This document shows positions 59,961 to 64,000 of a stretch of 64,000 bases of DNA, piece by piece. How positions within the stretch are numbered: the first letter of the stretch is position 1; the number at the start of each line of letters is the position of its first letter. Source of the DNA: Gammaproteobacteria bacterium (lineage in GTDB: Bacteria; Pseudomonadota; Gammaproteobacteria; UBA12402). The position numbers and the translations under genes were made by a program. The DNA lies in the NCBI GenBank assembly GCA_050123375.1, contig JASFHF010000003.1, positions 2,064 to 66,063 on the forward strand, in the 5' to 3' direction. The notes beneath the pieces were generated by a model. That model saw only the letters and a program-made list of their open reading frames with translations. It did no database searches and was not told the origin of the DNA.

Positions 59961-61208
59961 ATGAAAATTCGTAAATTGAATATTACAGCTATTATTGTAT
60001 GCAGTTTAGCATCGTTATTTTATTTATATGACTTTTTGCTGCGGGTTATGCCAAGCGCAATGACTAATGACTTAATGAGTCATTTTCATATTGGAGCAGC
60101 GAGATTGGGAATTATGCTGGCGATTTTATATTATGCTTATGCGCCTATGCAAATTCCTGCCGGCTTGTTGTTTGACCGTATTGGCACAAGATTGTTGTTA
60201 ACTATTATGATATTGGTATGTGCAATTGGAACGCTGCTTTTTGGTATTACAGATAGCATTGTGATTGCAACCATAGGTCGTTTCTTGATTGGCTTTTCTT
60301 CTGCTTTTGCATTTTTAGGCGCGTTGGTGTTAGCTGCCCGCTTTCTACCACACAAATATTTTGCAATGTTTGTTGGATTAGTCCAATTACTTGGCTGCGT
60401 GGGGGCGATCGCAGGTGAAATCCCTATTGCTATTGCAGTTAAACATTTCGGTTGGCAGAAAACCAATCTTGTAGCGGCATTAATTGGATTTGTGTTAGCA
60501 ATATTATTTTGGATTTTGCTGCGCGATCATCCTGAGGGCGCGGTGATCGAAAAAGCAAAATCTGTAAACGTATTGCAACAATTATCTGCGGTTTGTAAAA
60601 ACTCACAAAACTGGTGGGTTGGATTGTACGCTTTCGCAATTTGGGCGCCTGCAACGATATTTGCGGTGTTATGGGGCGTGCCTTTTCTCATGGTTTTATA
60701 CAAGATTAGCGCATCATTAGCTGCCGGAGCTGTATCATTGGTATGGGTTGGTATTGGAATAGGCGGCTCTTTAATTGGTTGGTGGTCAGACCATATCGGC
60801 AAACGATGTTTGCCTTTGATTGCGTCAGCGGTTTTAGGCGTTATTACATCAGGATTGGTTTTGTACGCTAATAACTCATTGCATTTAATGTACTTGTGGT
60901 TAGTTTTACTGGGGATAAGTATTTCCGGTATGGTGGTAACTTTTGGTGTTATTAAAGATATAAATGACAAGTCAGTTAACGGTACTGCAAATGGTTTTAA
61001 TAACATGGCAATTCTGATAGGAGGAATTATGTTTCAGCCTACGGTTGGTGTTGTTTTACACGCTTTGTGGAATGGAAAATTAGCAAACAATATTCCGGTT
61101 TATAGCTTGTCTAATTACAAAATTGCGCTTAGTATTGTGCCTGTATGTTTTTTATTGGCGTTTATTGTGAGTATATTTTTTATAAAAGAGACGAATTGTT
61201 CAAATTAG
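59961..61208 (+). CDS. MFS transporter (Legionella Pht-like)
   Basis: LRV.PS, YA.MQIPAG.L.DR.G, GW.SD..G.R. Confidence 0.85.
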   Translation: MKIRKLNITAIIVCSLASLFYLYDFLLRVMPSAMTNDLMSHFHIGAARLGIMLAILYYAYAPMQIPAGLLFDRIGTRLLLTIMILVCAIGTLLFGITDSIVIATIGRFLIGFSSAFAFLGALVLAARFLPHKYFAMFVGLVQLLGCVGAIAGEIPIAIAVKHFGWQKTNLVAALIGFVLAILFWILLRDHPEGAVIEKAKSVNVLQQLSAVCKNSQNWWVGLYAFAIWAPATIFAVLWGVPFLMVLYKISASLAAGAVSLVWVGIGIGGSLIGWWSDHIGKRCLPLIASAVLGVITSGLVLYANNSLHLMYLWLVLLGISISGMVVTFGVIKDINDKSVNGTANGFNNMAILIGGIMFQPTVGVVLHALWNGKLANNIPVYSLSNYKIALSIVPVCFLLAFIVSIFFIKETNCSN

Positions 61209-61237
61209 ATTTCAAATTTAGTGGTTTAAAGTTAGTT

Positions 61238-61492
61238 TCAGAGTTTAAATTTGGGCGGTAACTTGGGCATAGTTGTTGATATTTTGTTTACATCAATAGT
61301 TCTTTCTTGAATAAATTTTACTACTGCTTCAGGGTTATACCGCACATATCTACCAATTTTAACATATGGAAGATTATAGCGCTTATTGCTACGCCAGGCT
61401 TGTAGGGTATCTTCTTTTATGCCTAATTGTTCGGCAACTTCCTTTGCTGTTAGTAGTCTTATTTGGTTTGAGGGAAGATTGTTTTTGCTCAT
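61238..61492 (-). CDS. Excisionase-like HTH protein
   Basis: LLTAKEVAEQLGI...TL..WR...LPYVKIGR.VRY. Confidence 0.85.
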   Translation of the reverse strand: MSKNNLPSNQIRLLTAKEVAEQLGIKEDTLQAWRSNKRYNLPYVKIGRYVRYNPEAVVKFIQERTIDVNKISTTMPKLPPKFKL

Positions 61493-61822
61493 ACTTTGAT
61501 GCCTTTGTTTTTATTGTTAATATCTACCGGATAATTAAGCGCATGATTATTATATAGCATATTGCATACAAAAATGCAAACATTTGATGTAAAGATCCGC
61601 ATTTTCATAAAATCATTAATGCTTCGCCACAATCATAAACTATATAAGTTGTGCAAATTTTTGCCAAAAAAGCGGGTTTTTGATGGGGAAACCTTCAAAA
61701 ATATGCTAGTATTAAATATAAGTGTGGTTATTTTATGCCAGAATATTTGAAAAATGTGTTTTTTGTATACAAAAGTGCATATTTTATGAGAGTGGCTATT
61801 ATAGCAAAAGTGGAGAAGTGTT

Positions 61823-62191
61823 ATGAGCATGAGGCTTTTTAAAGAACCTAATACAAAAGGAAATTTGGAGGTTGAGATGAAAGTTGATTCTGAGAAATTT
61901 GGTACTTTGGATGCGCTGATGTGCTTTGTGGAAAATGTTAATGTTGAAATTTCAGATGAAATGAAGGATTTCGCTCATGAAGTTCTATTTCAAATTATTC
62001 CCTCTCATTTACAGCATGTTGAAGATCACATTGATCAGTTTTCAGAGAAACAGGCAGTAATTACCACATGCATGGAAGAACTACAAGAGCGCAGGTCTGC
62101 GTTAATACGGCTGCAATCAGATTTGACCAATAAATTAGATGCTTTTTCCAATTTAGAGCAAAATACAGTTGAACCAGGCTTAGGAAGCTAG
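61823..62191 (+). CDS. Hypothetical acidic protein
   Basis: 122-aa ORF with GGAG RBS. Confidence 0.55.
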   Translation: MSMRLFKEPNTKGNLEVEMKVDSEKFGTLDALMCFVENVNVEISDEMKDFAHEVLFQIIPSHLQHVEDHIDQFSEKQAVITTCMEELQERRSALIRLQSDLTNKLDAFSNLEQNTVEPGLGS

Positions 62192-62665
62192 ACGCACTTT
62201 TGATTTTAAGATTAATTTCAATGTAATTTTTTTTACTATGACAATGTACAGCAAGGCTCATTTTCATATATTTATTTGAATTGGATTTAGCGCCAAATCT
62301 CAGGATATTTATAGACAGTGGTTCAATGTTTAAATTTTTTTAAGAAAATATGATTTTTGTAGATTAAATTGCAATTTCACTGTTATAATATTTCTCGAAT
62401 TTAAACCTAATCGGACTTGTGGAACGGTAAGAAAAAGCCGCATATATTAACCAAATGAAAGAATTATTGTATCGTTATTAAAATCTGCTTGCATGTCGTT
62501 TGGTGTGGTTGGCAGAGTTGTTGGTTTTGTGCCAATATATTCAGTCCTTGACGGTGTTAGTGAAATTGGTGTATCACAAGTAGAAAAATTGCAATTTATA
62601 GATGAAAATGTGGTTGGTTGTTGGAAAAAAGGTGGTAACACTGTTTATGGCAGTTAGGAATAAAT

Positions 62666-63931
62666 ATGTATACTGATGATAATAAGCAATTATTTAAAGA
62701 TGGTAGGTTATATGATCATTTGCAAGGACTTGAGAATAAAATTAGGTCTGATATAGATCATATGACTTCCAATTATTTTCGTGCAAATACCGATGAAGAA
62801 GTAGTTAAGCATTTCAAAAATAAATACTCTGTAACACCGTTGGTATTAGATGTAGACAATAAAACGCTGGAAGATTCTGAAACTACAGTAGATGTCAGTC
62901 GTGACCCGATGAGGAATCCATTTGGTGATAGACAATGCACCACTAAAGGCATGAGATTAATGTTAACTATGCCGTACTCTGGTGATTCTTGCTTGTGGAA
63001 TTTACAACCAGATAGTTATAGCTTTAATCATTCTAATAGACAAAAAGCAATTACAAAGCCACATGGTGATATTCCTGGAAGTTTGACAATAACTTTTGAA
63101 TATATTCAAGATCAAGCGCGGACAGAACAGATCAAAAGTGATATAAACAGTGAAATTTCACTTATTCAAACAAACGTTGATTCTCAAAAAGGGCAAATAA
63201 TACGCTACCACAATAATCTTGAAAAATTCATTATGGAATGCATAGGAAAAAGAAAAAACGCATTAAAGCAACGTAATATTATTTTAGACGGATTAGATAT
63301 ACCATTGAAACCAAAAGCGGACATGCCGGATATTGAACCCATACAAGTAAAAAAACGAATTGTTCCTTTAAAATTAAAATCACAGCCACTTACACTTAAC
63401 ACTGTTCCTGAACCAGGTATTAGTGAGGAAATTTTTTTAGATATAATAGCAATTTTACGATTTATGGGGAGAACTTTTGAAGAAACATCAAAGACATTTG
63501 CCAAGCTTGAAGAAGAAGATTTGCGTAATGTTTTTTTAGCTGCATTAAATGGATATTTTGAAGGTGAAGCAAGCGGTGAAATTTTTCGGAAGAATGGAAA
63601 AACAGATATTTGTATTAAGGAAAAAGAAAAAGCAGCTTTTGTCGCTGAATGTAAAATTTGGCATGGTGAAAAAGCCGCTGGTGAAGCATTAAATCAACTT
63701 TTAGGATATTTAACCTGGAGAGATTGCAAAACTTCATTAATCGTTTTAAATAAAGGTGAGACAGCTTTTTCTAAAGTGCTGACCAGCTTACCTGAAGCAA
63801 TTAGGCAGCATAAGTTATTTGTAAAAGAATTAACAAAACCTAAGCATGAAGGAGAATGGAAGTTTATTATTAAGCATAAAGATGATGATGAGCGTTACAT
63901 AACACTACATGTTTTCGCTTTTGATTTGTAA
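62666..63931 (+). CDS. Hypothetical protein with C-terminal PD-(D/E)XK nuclease-like domain
   Basis: EEDLR...GE....GKTDI...FVAECK motif. Confidence 0.7.
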   Translation: MYTDDNKQLFKDGRLYDHLQGLENKIRSDIDHMTSNYFRANTDEEVVKHFKNKYSVTPLVLDVDNKTLEDSETTVDVSRDPMRNPFGDRQCTTKGMRLMLTMPYSGDSCLWNLQPDSYSFNHSNRQKAITKPHGDIPGSLTITFEYIQDQARTEQIKSDINSEISLIQTNVDSQKGQIIRYHNNLEKFIMECIGKRKNALKQRNIILDGLDIPLKPKADMPDIEPIQVKKRIVPLKLKSQPLTLNTVPEPGISEEIFLDIIAILRFMGRTFEETSKTFAKLEEEDLRNVFLAALNGYFEGEASGEIFRKNGKTDICIKEKEKAAFVAECKIWHGEKAAGEALNQLLGYLTWRDCKTSLIVLNKGETAFSKVLTSLPEAIRQHKLFVKELTKPKHEGEWKFIIKHKDDDERYITLHVFAFDL

Positions 63932-63965
63932 TTTTTTATAAGTACAAAATGTTTAGGAGAAAAAA

Positions 63966-64000
63966 TGGATACAAAAGAGCAGTTTAAAGAGCTTGCTATT
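63966..64000 (+). CDS. Start of an ORF cut off by the window edge
   Basis: AGGAG RBS followed by MDTKEQFKELA. Confidence 0.5.

Larger units (their letters stand above)
49699..64000. mobile_element. Genomic island(s) downstream of tRNA-Thr; right end and integrase not in the window
   Basis: IHF-consensus site and TTGCAACG direct repeats after the tRNA, two excisionase-like copies, accessory gene content. Confidence 0.65.

Noticed and set aside
50955-61208. Integron
   Set aside because: No attC-like repeats between genes and no IntI in the window.
123-63504. Many short ORFs overlapping or antisense to identified genes
   Set aside because: Shadow ORFs with no motifs or RBS support.

Overview
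AT-rich chromosomal segment of a gammaproteobacterium. Gene content and two PmrA-type boxes point to a Legionellales/Coxiella-like organism (inference). A core backbone (yajC-secD-secF, class I fba, suhB, trmJ-iscS-iscU, clpB, usp-pssA-tldD-pmbA, kdsD-lptC-lptB-hpf-EIIA-HPr, leuS-lptE-holA-nadD, btuF, sua5, trpS-scpA-scpB-rluB, tRNA-Thr) is interrupted by small accessory units: two toxin-antitoxin modules, four AAA_14/DUF4143 ATPase-nuclease genes, orphan effector-like genes, an IS200 element and a RAYT transposase. A genomic island with resistance-like genes begins after tRNA-Thr. Main unexplained structures: (1) an integrase-free stack of TA cassettes separated by copies of the 3' end of fba, with similar gene-end remnants (holA, phoR, possibly tgt) next to other accessory genes; (2) a distinct palindromic array in front of each DUF4143 gene; (3) several related REP/REPIN families that flank the RAYT, nest inside one another and supply start codons, stop codons and RBSs to core genes. 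All calls come from reading the sequence; no database searches were run.
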